This document shows, piece by piece, positions 41,116 to 50,884 of a stretch of 64,000 nt of DNA (its first letter is position 1; each line of letters begins with the position of its first letter). The stretch covers positions 72,658 to 136,657 of the forward strand of contig JAUIDR010000002.1 of NCBI GenBank assembly GCA_030428565.1, written 5' to 3'. The notes below the pieces were generated by a model. It was not told the origin of the DNA. It made no database searches and saw nothing but the letters and a program-made list of their open reading frames with translations. The stretch comes from Alphaproteobacteria bacterium (GTDB lineage: Bacteria; Pseudomonadota; Alphaproteobacteria; UBA7985; JAUIBT01). Made by a program: the position numbers and the translations under genes.

Positions 41116-42591
41116 ATGCCACAGACAGCGGAATTCGCAGGTAGCCTACTAGCCGATCAGGGCTTGTTTCGTACGCGCTCATACATCGACGGACAATGGG
41201 TCGATGCCAGCGATGGGGCACAATTGCCCATCACAAACCCTGGCGATGGCAGTCTAGTCGGCCAAGTCGCGCGTCTGAGTGCCGACGACAGCGCGGCAGC
41301 GGTCGCGGTGGCACAGCGCGCCTTTGCCTCATGGTCTGCCCTTCTGCCGCAAGAACGCTCTACCATTTTGCGCCGCTGGTTCTCGCTCATGCTGGAGCAC
41401 AAGGAAGACCTGGCTAAGCTGATGGTGCTGGAGCAAGGCAAGCCATTATCTGAAGCGCGCGGCGAAATCGACTACGCCGCCAGCTTCGTTGAATACTATG
41501 CCGAAGAAGCCAAGCGCCCCAATATCGAAGGCGTCACCAGTCACCTGCCCGACGCCGAAGTCGAATTGTGGCTGGAGCCGATCGGCGTCGTAGCCTTGGT
41601 AACGCCCTGGAACTTCCCCTGTGCCATGCTGACCCGTAAGGCCGCCGCGGCTCTGGCCGCAGGCTGTAGCATCGTTGCTCACCCTTCCAGCGAGACCCCC
41701 TTTTCCGCGACAGCGCTCGCCGAACTTGGCGAGCGCGCGGGCCTGCCGGCTGGTGTCTTTAACGTCGTAACGGGCAAGGCCTCGACCGTGGTGCCGCCCT
41801 GGACCGCCGACAGCCGGGTACGGGCGCTGTCCTTTACTGGCTCGACCGAGGTTGGCCGTTTGTTGTATCGCAACAGCGCCGAGACCATCAAAAAGCTGGT
41901 GATGGAATTGGGCGGACACGCGCCGGTCATCGTCTTTAAAGGCGCCGACCTGGACCATGCGGTCGCCGAGACCATCAAGGCTAAGTTTGCCACCTCGGGC
42001 CAAGATTGCTTGGGCGCCAATCGCATCTTTGTTGAACGGCCGATTTATGAAGACTTTTGCGCGCGCTTCGTTGAAGCCACCAAAGCGCTGAGCATCGGCA
42101 AGGGCCTAGACGATCCCGATATCGGCCCGTTGATGAACGAAAACGCGGTTGCCAAGCAAGAGGCCCACGTTGCCGATGCGTTGGCAAAGGGCGCTCACCT
42201 GGCCTGTGGTGGTAAGCGCCACGCCCTGGGCCCGCTGTTCTATGAGCCCACCGTCCTTACCGACGTGCCCATGAACGCGGCCATTATGTCCGAAGAGACC
42301 TTTGGACCCGTAGCCCCCATCGCAGCCTTTGACAGCGAAGATGAGGTTGTGGCCAAAGCAAACGATACCGAATACGGTCTGGTTGCCTACCTGCACTCCA
42401 ACGATCCGCGCCGGATTTATCGCGTCTCGCGCGCATTGCAGTACGGCATGGTCGCGGTCAATCGCACCAAAGTGACCGGCGCGCCGATTCCCTTTGGCGG
42501 CACTAAGCAATCGGGATTGGGCCGCGAGGGTGCGCGCTTGGGCATGCAAGAATTTATGGAAATCAAGTACGTCTGCCGCGATTGGGCTTAG
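41116..42591 (+). CDS. NAD-dependent succinate-semialdehyde dehydrogenase family (DoeC-like variant)
   Basis: TPWNFP, MELGGHAP, KFATSGQDC, EETFGP. Confidence 0.85.
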   Translation: MPQTAEFAGSLLADQGLFRTRSYIDGQWVDASDGAQLPITNPGDGSLVGQVARLSADDSAAAVAVAQRAFASWSALLPQERSTILRRWFSLMLEHKEDLAKLMVLEQGKPLSEARGEIDYAASFVEYYAEEAKRPNIEGVTSHLPDAEVELWLEPIGVVALVTPWNFPCAMLTRKAAAALAAGCSIVAHPSSETPFSATALAELGERAGLPAGVFNVVTGKASTVVPPWTADSRVRALSFTGSTEVGRLLYRNSAETIKKLVMELGGHAPVIVFKGADLDHAVAETIKAKFATSGQDCLGANRIFVERPIYEDFCARFVEATKALSIGKGLDDPDIGPLMNENAVAKQEAHVADALAKGAHLACGGKRHALGPLFYEPTVLTDVPMNAAIMSEETFGPVAPIAAFDSEDEVVAKANDTEYGLVAYLHSNDPRRIYRVSRALQYGMVAVNRTKVTGAPIPFGGTKQSGLGREGARLGMQEFMEIKYVCRDWA

Positions 42592-42893
42592 GCCGCTGAC
42601 AGGCGCGCGTTAAGCCCCCCGGGCGCGAATCCATCGCGCCCTTCCACAGACATCTTGAAAGACGGGGCCGTGGGGCCAGGTTCCTTCATCGCCCCTACCT
42701 TACGACTGCTGCTGACTCCGTTGCGCCATAGGGGCGGCGGCAAAAATCGGGTGGCTCGCCACGGCTCGTGAGCAACCCGCGTGATAGCCGTGCCAGGCAC
42801 AGGGCGCATGAGAGTACAATGGTGCACATGGGAACGCACTGGCGTTTCCCTGCCCCCTTTAGAAGAGCCCTAATGAATGCCCAGGCCGGGCCC

Positions 42894-43520
42894 TCACGAA
42901 CGCTGGGTCTCGATCGCAGCGAAGGTATGCCAACCGCGCACGACCCGCGTCGCCGTCGTAATGGCGCATAGCGCGGCATAGAACAGCGCCAGAGGCGCAA
43001 ACCAGTTCGGCAGCAAGCACATCAGCACAAAGCAGCCAATGGTCTCAGCGCCTTCGGTCAAGCCTTCTAGATAGTAGAATGATTTCTTGCCTTGAGCTTG
43101 GGTCGTCAGCTGGTGTTTTTCGGCCATAATCGCAAAGGCCAAAAAGCTGGTGCCCGTACCGATAAAGCTGGCCAACAGCACGGCAGCGACCAGCGCGTTA
43201 CGCGACGGATCGGCCAAGGCAAAGCCTAACGGAATGGCCGCGTAGAATAGAAAATCCAGGCAGATATCCAAAAAGCCGCCGCGATCGGAGGGCGCGGTCG
43301 CCCTTGCCAACGCGCCGTCGAGTCCGTCGGCCAAGCGATTGAGCGCGATCAATGCCAGCGCCAATCCATACTGCCCCTGCCAAAGCGAAGGGACCGCCAG
43401 CAGGCCCAACACGAACCCGCCCAGCGTGACCTGATCTGCGGACACGCCAAAACGCGCCAAAGCCCGCCCCCCTGCATTCAGAGGCGGGTCAATCAGCGGT
43501 CTTAGTCTGGAGTCGAACAT
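42894..43520 (-). CDS. CDP-alcohol phosphatidyltransferase family (YnjF-like)
   Basis: DGLDGALAR, GGFLDI..DF, GLTEG.ETI. Confidence 0.88.
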   Translation of the reverse strand: MFDSRLRPLIDPPLNAGGRALARFGVSADQVTLGGFVLGLLAVPSLWQGQYGLALALIALNRLADGLDGALARATAPSDRGGFLDICLDFLFYAAIPLGFALADPSRNALVAAVLLASFIGTGTSFLAFAIMAEKHQLTTQAQGKKSFYYLEGLTEGAETIGCFVLMCLLPNWFAPLALFYAALCAITTATRVVRGWHTFAAIETQRS

Positions 43521-43687
43521 GGGCCGAAGCTCAAGAGCCTAACTGGACAGCGCCGGCTTTTACGAACCCATAGCGCCGATTAGGCTTGGCGCGCGATGCT
43601 TGCAAGACCGAGGCCCAAGGCAATTATGCATTGCGACTGAGGGCCTAGGCAGGTCCAGCGAACGTAGCGCGATCCAAACGAGGCTTC

Positions 43688-43891
43688 TTAGAAGCCTTCG
43701 CGCTCTAAGCGCTTACGCATAACCTTACGGTAGCGGCGAACCGCTTCAGCCTTTTCACGCTTGCGGCGCTGGCTGGGCTTTTCAAAATGACGACGCAGTT
43801 TCATTTCACGAAATACGCCTTCGCGCTGCAACTTCTTCTTCAGAGCGCGCAGGGCTTGGTCAACGTTGTTGTCGCGGACACTTACTTCCAC
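43688..43891 (-). CDS. rpsU: 30S ribosomal protein S21
   Basis: [30 protein letters not shown]. Confidence 0.97.
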   Translation of the reverse strand: MEVSVRDNNVDQALRALKKKLQREGVFREMKLRRHFEKPSQRRKREKAEAVRRYRKVMRKRLEREGF

Positions 43892-44077
43892 AGAGCTATC
43901 CTGCTTTAATTGGTATAAGGGAGCCGTTCACTAGCACATGGTTTTGCCGATGTGAAGCCTAGCAAGCTGGCTTTCCCGCCCTTTTTCGCAAGAATTGCAG
44001 GGCCTCGCAACCTTGTGGCCTTGGCAAGGCCGCGATCATCGCCCACCTTTGATGCAGAACAGCAAGAAAGGCTCGAT

Positions 44078-44791
44078 ATGCAGTTTTCAACTAAGACTCC
44101 AATGACCGACTTGCAAAAGCGTCTGATCGACAAGACGGCTGAAATGGCCGCTTTTGATGGCTGGACGGACACCGCGCTGCGCCAAGCCGCCGAAGAGCTG
44201 GACATTGAGCCCTCGGTTGCCTTTGATATCTTTCGCAATCGGCCGATAGATTTGATTATCGCCCACTCTACGCTGGGTGACGAGCGCCTGGTCGAAGCCA
44301 CATCGGGCCAAGAGTGGTTCGAGTCGCAAAAGGTGCGCGATAAGATCAAGTCTTTGATTATGACGCGCTTCGATCAGCACCAGCACGAACGCGAGGCCAT
44401 CCGTCGAGGACTGTCGATTCTAGCGCTGCCCCAGTATGCGCCCGCAGCGACCGCCGCGCTCTATCGCACGGTCGATGCCATGTGGCGGGCCGCCGGTGAT
44501 ACGGCCACCGACTATAACAAACACACAAAGCGCTTGTTGTTGAGCGGCGTCTACTCGTCGAGCCTCCTGGTCTGGCTGAACGACCAGAGCGAGGACTTTG
44601 CGACGACCGAGGCCTTTGTCAGGCGTCGAATCGACAACGTCCTGTTTGTCTTTGGCAAAATCGGCAAGCTTAAGTCTGGCGTGAAAGACGGACTTCGCGG
44701 CGACCTGCGCCCCTCCTCTTTTGTGCCCTCGTTCTTCAAGCCGCCCTTTGTAAGGCCGCGCGATAGAGAGGCACCACAAAGCGAGTCATAA
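44078..44791 (+). CDS. COQ9-family protein (rpsU-divergently transcribed)
   Basis: FDGW, D.MW..AGD.ATDYN..TKR..L, RRID.V. Confidence 0.9.
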   Translation: MQFSTKTPMTDLQKRLIDKTAEMAAFDGWTDTALRQAAEELDIEPSVAFDIFRNRPIDLIIAHSTLGDERLVEATSGQEWFESQKVRDKIKSLIMTRFDQHQHEREAIRRGLSILALPQYAPAATAALYRTVDAMWRAAGDTATDYNKHTKRLLLSGVYSSSLLVWLNDQSEDFATTEAFVRRRIDNVLFVFGKIGKLKSGVKDGLRGDLRPSSFVPSFFKPPFVRPRDREAPQSES

Positions 44792-44941
44792 AACACGTGC
44801 AGGGTCGCGACGGGCAGAGCGCGCCGTAGAGCGCTGAGCGCAAGCGGTGAGTTGGAACCTGTGCAGGCTGCCGCGCCAAAGGCGCGATGCAGGTCAAGCG
44901 GGCTGTTTGATCAGCGGGTGTTTGGATCGGCCAAGCACAGC

Positions 44942-45760
44942 TCAACCGACGTCGAGGCGGCCTGGCTTTGTCACCATGGCGAAGACGCCAAAAGTGGCCT
45001 CCGGTCGCACGCGGCGTGTATCCATATGACCCTTTTCCAGCGCAAGCTTTGCCAAGTCCTGCAGATAATTGGGCTCGTTCGCCCCCGTCAGCGGATTGGC
45101 GTTGATATTGGCACAGCGCCCCACGTTTTGGACCACGCGCAGCTCTAGGCCATCACCGAGCGCAAGGCTCTGTCGGCCCCCGATCCAATCTAATTCGGCC
45201 CACGGCTCCAGGCCATCTAGCCAGATATTGTTTTTAAAGCGATCCGGGTGCAGGCCAAATTCGGCGTGTTCATTGAGCCCCCAACGCTCGGCCAGCCAGC
45301 GGGCGGTGGCGACGTTAGCAAGGCTGACGAATGGGGTCAGCTGATCGCTAAAACCCAGGCCTTCAGTGTTGGCCAACAAAGCCAGCGGTCCATCGTGTCC
45401 GATCGCCTCGGCAAATCTCTGGCGTTGCTCGACATCGGCCAGATCAAAACGCCCCTTGGGACCAGCAATAGGACGCGCCACTGCGATCCCCTCGCCGTCT
45501 TGGCTCCAGCCCTCACCTTCGGGTTGGTAGGCCAGCGCCTTGGGGTCGGCCATGCCACAAACAAAAAACCGCTTAGGCGCCCAAGAGCCCCAAGCGGCGT
45601 GTGCAGAGGGACCAAAGTGGTCCCCATAAGCCGATTTGGCCAACGCAAAACGGCGGTCGCCGGGCAAGCCCCGGCCTACTTCCAAAGCAACGCCCTCTTG
45701 CTGTCGTCCGCCCAGCCCCTTCACAGGATAGGTGAAAAGAGCCGAGACGGTGACAGACAT
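44942..45760 (-). CDS. MOSC-domain protein
   Basis: YPVKG, GDRRFAL, RF..NI, RC...NANP, FGVFA. Confidence 0.85.
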   Translation of the reverse strand: MSVTVSALFTYPVKGLGGRQQEGVALEVGRGLPGDRRFALAKSAYGDHFGPSAHAAWGSWAPKRFFVCGMADPKALAYQPEGEGWSQDGEGIAVARPIAGPKGRFDLADVEQRQRFAEAIGHDGPLALLANTEGLGFSDQLTPFVSLANVATARWLAERWGLNEHAEFGLHPDRFKNNIWLDGLEPWAELDWIGGRQSLALGDGLELRVVQNVGRCANINANPLTGANEPNYLQDLAKLALEKGHMDTRRVRPEATFGVFAMVTKPGRLDVG

Positions 45761-45791
45761 GAAGGCAGCCTTAGAAATTCAGGGTGAGCGC

Positions 45792-46367
45792 TTATCGGCG
45801 TGAGAGCAAACGTGATGCTGCTGGCAGCGCCAGAGCGGCAACACCGATCTTGATAGCATCACCAGCCAGGAAGGGCGCAACGCCGAACATCCAAGCTTTT
45901 TCGACACCGATCATCGTCGCCAACCAGCTTGCGCCGATAGCGTAGATGACCAGGTTGCCCAAAACCATAGCGATAACGGTGGTCAATACGGACTTGTCCC
46001 AGCCGCGCTCCGCCAACCAGCCGACCAAAATAGCCGCCGGCAAGAAGGCCAATAGATAGCCCGCCGTGGTGCCGATGAAGTAGGCCGGACCCGCGATCTC
46101 ACCCGCGAATACGGGGTAGCCAGACAGGCCGACCGCGAAATAGGCAATAACCGTGCCGGCTGCTTGCCGCCAGCCGTAGGCCGCAGCCATCAGCAGGACC
46201 ACCAGTGTTTGCATGGTAACAGGCACCGGGCCAATTTGGATCTTAGCTTTGGCTGAGAGGGTCAGCAGGACCACACCGATGGCAGCCAATACGACGGCGC
46301 GCAAAACGGCGTTACGGTCGCCAGCCCAAAGGCTGTGGCTAAGGGTCAGGGCCGAGGGTTGCGACAT
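45792..46367 (-). CDS. bioY: Biotin transporter
   Basis: PVPVTMQT, GYPVFAG, T.GYL, PFL.GD..K. Confidence 0.92.
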   Translation of the reverse strand: MSQPSALTLSHSLWAGDRNAVLRAVVLAAIGVVLLTLSAKAKIQIGPVPVTMQTLVVLLMAAAYGWRQAAGTVIAYFAVGLSGYPVFAGEIAGPAYFIGTTAGYLLAFLPAAILVGWLAERGWDKSVLTTVIAMVLGNLVIYAIGASWLATMIGVEKAWMFGVAPFLAGDAIKIGVAALALPAASRLLSRR

Positions 46368-46497
46368 GGAGCTCTCCATTTCAAATTGCAATAGAAGGCC
46401 ATTGGCTAGCCCATTCTGCCGCTGCGGTAAAGCCTTAGTGCGCCCAGGTCGGCGATTTCGTCGCGCCCAAAACGGCCCTGCGTCCGGTCATGACGCC

Positions 46498-46863
46498 TTA
46501 TTTTTTGGGCTTTTTGGACTTGCGGTCCTTTTTGGAGCTTTTCTTGGCTCCCCAGCCGCGTTTCTTCGGCTCTTCGACGTCCTCAACGATGACCTGTTCG
46601 GCGGTCAGAACCAGGCGTTCAGGCTCGGTATCAAAATGGACGGTCTCATAGTGGGCCTTGATGGTCGTCGAGCGCAATCGGATCGTCGCCCAGGCTGAAA
46701 AGACCGCCGCCACGACCAGCCCTACGACCAGCAACAAGCCCGTCAAAAAGAAAGCCACCACGACCAGCGCACCACCGATAAACAGCACGCCCGCGATACG
46801 CAGCCAGGCCATGAAGCCCAATTTGGGAGGAGGTGGAGGAGACAAATCGGCAGCCCTAAGCAA
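46498..46863 (-). CDS. Hypothetical membrane protein with Lys-rich tail
   Basis: Long hydrophobic hairpin followed by a charged C-terminus; start uncertain. Confidence 0.55.
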   Translation of the reverse strand: MLRAADLSPPPPPKLGFMAWLRIAGVLFIGGALVVVAFFLTGLLLVVGLVVAAVFSAWATIRLRSTTIKAHYETVHFDTEPERLVLTAEQVIVEDVEEPKKRGWGAKKSSKKDRKSKKPKK

Positions 46864-47083
46864 GTGAGACCAAGCTGCGGCCCACCGGCCGCCTTAGACC
46901 TAATCTAGGGGTTCAATCTGCAAACAACAAGGCGTAGCAGGCCTTGTCTGACACTGAACTTCGCGGGCAATGCCGCCGCAGCTTCTTATCCTGCAAAAGA
47001 CGCCCCACACGCCAACACCACCGACACGCGCTTGTACCGATGGTGTTGGAATTCAACGAATGCGAAGGTCTGGAGCGGACGCG

Positions 47084-47263
47084 TTAGTCCTTGGGCTCCA
47101 GGATCTGGCGGCCGCGGTACATGCCGGTAGACAGGTCGATGTGGTGCGGACGGCGCAACTCACCGCTGTCTTTGTCGGTGATGTAGGTTGGGTTCTTTAG
47201 GGCATCGTGCGAACGACGCATGCCGCGGCGTGAAGGGGTTACCTTCGACTTTTGAACTGCCAT
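47084..47263 (-). CDS. rpmF: 50S ribosomal protein L32 (cysteine-free form)
   Basis: [27 protein letters not shown]. Confidence 0.96.
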   Translation of the reverse strand: MAVQKSKVTPSRRGMRRSHDALKNPTYITDKDSGELRRPHHIDLSTGMYRGRQILEPKD

Positions 47264-47432
47264 GTTGATCTTCCTTATTGTCTGATCGGTCGCGATTTCG
47301 CCAATCCAGTCCAAGGGTCGGCCTTGAACCTAGCCTGCGATGCGCGCCTCAATCTTTTCCGCGTCTGCCCATCCGAGAACGAGCAGCCCGCGTCTGTGTG
47401 AAGCGCGTGTCTACGCGCTCATGAACACAAAA

Positions 47433-48614
47433 TCAAGGGCAAAGCGACTCATGTAGACTGGCAAGCTCCTGGCGGATGCTTTGCAAGGTCTCGGCCTGCA
47501 AAAAATGCCGCGCCCGGTCGCGAAAATGAGCCACCACCGCCGAATCACTGCGCGCGCTCGACCAGCCAGAATCGGGGTTTTCTTGCTCGCTGAGCCACAT
47601 GAGACACCAAGACAGGGCGCGCAGATAGAGCAAGCGACGCGTCACCAACAACCAAGGCTGCAGCGCATCAGCCATGCCGGTGGGCACCGCCGCCAGATAG
47701 CCCCGATAGAAGTCTGTCACTTGCGCTTGGCTGAGCGCCGCCGTGCCCTGGGGCTCCCAGGTTGTTGAGGTATAGGCGCTGGCGTGGGCCAGATCGATTC
47801 CCGGATTGCCGAACGCGGCCTTTTCCAGATCGACCAGCACCGCGCGCGCCGGTTCGCCCGCCGCACCAGGCTGGATTCGATAGTTGCCAGGGTGGGTATC
47901 GTTCGCAATGGCATAGCGCGGCAGGTCGCCATCCCTATCGCCTTGTCGTAAGACCTGATCCAGCTCCGCGCGCAGCGCCAACAGCAGCGCGCGCGCCTCC
48001 CCGCTCAGCGGGTAGCGGTCGATAAAGGCAAGCTGGCGATCAATCTCGGGCAAGTTTGCACTGACGACCTGGCTTTGATCGGCCAGCGCCACGGAGTCGA
48101 TCGCGCGCTCGGTTTCATGCGGTTCAGGGCTGGTGTGAATGCGGGCCAGACAGAGCGCAATCGCGGTCATATCTCGCGCGGCATCCGCGCGCCGCCCCTC
48201 AATATAGTCTACCAGCAAGCCTCCAAACGGCAGGCTAGCGCTCACGGGCAACAGGGCGTGACACCGCGGGGTGACGCCGCTGGTCGCCAGACGCGCAAAA
48301 CAAGCCGCTTGATAGCGCAAATTGTCGTCGGGCGCGTGCTGCCACTGCGATTGCTTGGGTAGCCGCGCCACCAAACCGCTGTCGCCCAGCCGCAAATGGT
48401 CGTGAGCCAGGCCCTGATCGGCCAAAGGCTGTAAATCGGCCACGTCCAGCACGGCCCTGCCCCCCAGCCGTGTCGCCAGCAGGGCTTGCGCCGCGCGGTC
48501 TTCGCTCAGCGCCCGCCACAGGTTTTGGGTGAGAACCTCAAGGCGTGCTTGGTCGCCATCTTCGCTGCGCTCTTGATCGCTGTCGTCGCTGCGCTCTTGG
48601 TCAGTCGCGGCCAT
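47433..48614 (-). CDS. Aminoglycoside-phosphotransferase/choline-kinase-like protein
   Basis: GLAHDH, LARIH, NDTHPGN (Brenner-type motif), VDLEK, DLAH. Confidence 0.8.
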   Translation of the reverse strand: MAATDQERSDDSDQERSEDGDQARLEVLTQNLWRALSEDRAAQALLATRLGGRAVLDVADLQPLADQGLAHDHLRLGDSGLVARLPKQSQWQHAPDDNLRYQAACFARLATSGVTPRCHALLPVSASLPFGGLLVDYIEGRRADAARDMTAIALCLARIHTSPEPHETERAIDSVALADQSQVVSANLPEIDRQLAFIDRYPLSGEARALLLALRAELDQVLRQGDRDGDLPRYAIANDTHPGNYRIQPGAAGEPARAVLVDLEKAAFGNPGIDLAHASAYTSTTWEPQGTAALSQAQVTDFYRGYLAAVPTGMADALQPWLLVTRRLLYLRALSWCLMWLSEQENPDSGWSSARSDSAVVAHFRDRARHFLQAETLQSIRQELASLHESLCP

Positions 48615-49200
48615 ACCAAGAGACGACTTGTTCAAAGTCGGGCCGATCGCGTTCGCTGGGTTCTTCTTGGCGAGTGCCAAAATACAAGAAGCCAGCGACT
48701 TGCTCGCCCTCATCGGCGTTGACGCCCAGAGCCTTAGCAACGCCCGCATCAAATGCATACCATTCGGTGAGCCACTGACAGGCCAACCCTAAAGCGGTGC
48801 CAGCAATCATCATGTTTTGGCAAGCAGCCCCCGCCGAGAGCTGTTGTTCCCAGGCCGGAATTTTAGGATGGCGGCGCGGGGCCGAAATGACGGCGACCAC
48901 GGCGCTGGCCCGCTCAAAGCGCGCGCGCTCGAATTCATAGCTCGACGGTGCGGCGTCCGGAAAATCTTTGGAATAGGCCTCTTTGAGCACCTCACCAAAG
49001 GCCGTGCGCCCCTCGCCTTCAAAGACAACAAAGCGCCAAGGCGCCAGCTTGCCATGATCGGGCACGCGCAAGCCTGCCCGTAAAATGGTTTGTAATTGCC
49101 CCGCTTCTAAGGGGGCATTGCCCATGTCCACGACCTTGATCGAGCGGCGCTTGGCCAACAGCTCCAAGGTCGGGTCCGTTCCCGTCAACGCCTTTGTCAT
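48601..49200 (-). CDS. Nitroreductase (YdjA-like)
   Basis: RRS, RVPDHGKL.PWRF, WEQ.LSAG, WLT.W. Confidence 0.92.
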   Translation of the reverse strand: MTKALTGTDPTLELLAKRRSIKVVDMGNAPLEAGQLQTILRAGLRVPDHGKLAPWRFVVFEGEGRTAFGEVLKEAYSKDFPDAAPSSYEFERARFERASAVVAVISAPRRHPKIPAWEQQLSAGAACQNMMIAGTALGLACQWLTEWYAFDAGVAKALGVNADEGEQVAGFLYFGTRQEEPSERDRPDFEQVVSWYGRD

Positions 49201-49907
49201 TCAGCGGCCACCGTATCCTTATTGTGTCCGAACAGCACCTGTTTGGCCTCCGCGTTTTCATGCAAGGCTTTGTGCTCACCCACCGCTTCATCGGTTTTCT
49301 GCAGGGCGGCTTGAACGGCGGGACGCTCTTTTAAGGCAAAGTACCAGCGCTTGACCTCTGGGAAATCGTCAAGGTTGATCGATTGGCGCGGATAGCGGTG
49401 CGCCCAGGGCCAGATTGCCATATCAGCGATTGAATAGTCGCCCGCCACAAATTCCTTGCCCTTAAGCTGTTTGTTCAACACCGCATAGAGGCGTTCGGTC
49501 TCGCCGACATAGCGATTGATGGCGTAGGGAATCTTTTCATCGGCATAGAGATTGAAATGGTGGTTCTGCCCCAGCATGGGACCAAAGCCCCCAATCTGCC
49601 AGTGCAGCCACTGCAAGACCTCGTAGCGCGCGCGGGTGGCGCGGGGCAAAAAGGCTTCGTGCTTGTCCGCGAGATATTCCAAGATGGCACCCGACTCGAA
49701 GACCGACAGCGGCGCTCCCAGGTCAGCGGGCGCGTGATCGACCAGCGCCGGAATGCGGTTGTTGGGTGAAATCGCAAGGAAATCGGGCTCAAACTGCTCG
49801 CCTTTGCCGATATCGACAGGCACAACGCGGTAGTCAACACCCAATTCTTCAAGCAAAATCATTGGCTTATAGCCGTTAGGCGTGGCCCAAATATAAATAT
49901 CAATCAT
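49197..49907 (-). CDS. Nu-class glutathione S-transferase (YfcG/YghU-like)
   Basis: TPNG, SPNNRIP, FESGAIL.YL, GPMLGQ. Confidence 0.9.
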   Translation of the reverse strand: MIDIYIWATPNGYKPMILLEELGVDYRVVPVDIGKGEQFEPDFLAISPNNRIPALVDHAPADLGAPLSVFESGAILEYLADKHEAFLPRATRARYEVLQWLHWQIGGFGPMLGQNHHFNLYADEKIPYAINRYVGETERLYAVLNKQLKGKEFVAGDYSIADMAIWPWAHRYPRQSINLDDFPEVKRWYFALKERPAVQAALQKTDEAVGEHKALHENAEAKQVLFGHNKDTVAAE

Positions 49908-50611
49908 CGCGCGTGCCTTTCAATATAGCTGGGTTCGCTGCGTCCCAGTCCCCCATGTAAGTTAAGGCAGCGCTCAAACCAAGCCTCCAAACCGGGATTC
50001 TGGCTCAGAATGGCGTGTGGACCGCTACAGCGAGCAAACTGTGCGTTTCCAAAAAGGATATAATCGGCATAGATCGGCGTCTGCCCGCCAAAGAAGGGTT
50101 GGCCGCCCAGAGCGGAGTCAAGTGGCCGCAAGGCCCGCGACAGCGCCTTGAGTTCGCCTTGCGGGTCGGGGCACAGCTCCTCTAGGGGCTTGGCAAATCG
50201 CTTTTCGCGCGAGCGGCGGAAATAGTCTTGATCCTTGGGCGCTTGATCCTGCCAGATCGTCACCGCATTGAGCCGCAAAATCGACCCCAGCATGCCCAAA
50301 GAACTCCAGTCGTGTAGATACCTGGCAAAGCTGCGCCCGGCCGGGCCGCCAAACAGGGCGCCATCGGTCTGGTCAATGATGGTCTCAGCAATCGCCCAAG
50401 AATCCGATACACAGACCTGACCTTCAAACAAGATGGGCACGGTTTTAAAGCCACCACCCGCCGCCTGGCCGATGTCGGTAAAGCCGACGCCTTGGCTCTG
50501 ATAGTCGATGCCAAGATGCGCTAAGACCATTTTCGTGCGCCATACGTAGGGGCTGAAACGCTGGCCCTGCGCCCCTTCCAGTTCAAAGAGCAAACGGTTC
50601 GTTTCGGTCAT
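49904..50611 (-). CDS. Glutathione S-transferase, LigE/beta-etherase-like subfamily
   Basis: FSPYVWRTK..LAH, TVPIL, DSWAIA, YFR.SRE.RF, P.YADY. Confidence 0.78.
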   Translation of the reverse strand: MTETNRLLFELEGAQGQRFSPYVWRTKMVLAHLGIDYQSQGVGFTDIGQAAGGGFKTVPILFEGQVCVSDSWAIAETIIDQTDGALFGGPAGRSFARYLHDWSSLGMLGSILRLNAVTIWQDQAPKDQDYFRRSREKRFAKPLEELCPDPQGELKALSRALRPLDSALGGQPFFGGQTPIYADYILFGNAQFARCSGPHAILSQNPGLEAWFERCLNLHGGLGRSEPSYIERHAR

Positions 50612-50884
50612 GGGCCTTCCTTTTGCGGCTTGTGTGAGCGGTAGGCGCGCCCTGACCGCAGGCAACGCAGTTTGCGGCCAGTGACGGGCGAGCGGCAATT
50701 CAGTCCTGGTTCACCCACCTTGTATGATAAGAGCGGTCTGCCTTTGTCTTACGATAGGCGGCCCGCATACGCGCAACAATCGGCTTAGCCTTGCCGCGAC
50801 AATGTAGGAATCCAGCGTTTGTGATGAGCGACGTTTCTACGGACCAACCCTACGAATGACCAATTTTCCGATCAAGAGGTCTTT

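Noticed and set aside
41116..42591. Ectoine degradation cluster
   Set aside because: Only a DoeC-like dehydrogenase is present; no eutD/eutE, aminotransferase or transporter is adjacent.
42588..42890. Small ORFs between the aldehyde dehydrogenase and the ynjF-like gene
   Set aside because: No recognisable motif or convincing RBS; cannot be supported.
44890..44950. Selenocysteine or read-through at the MOSC gene TGA
   Set aside because: The stop falls at the non-cysteine position after GRLDVG, only a few residues short of a normal MOSC end; no clear SECIS.
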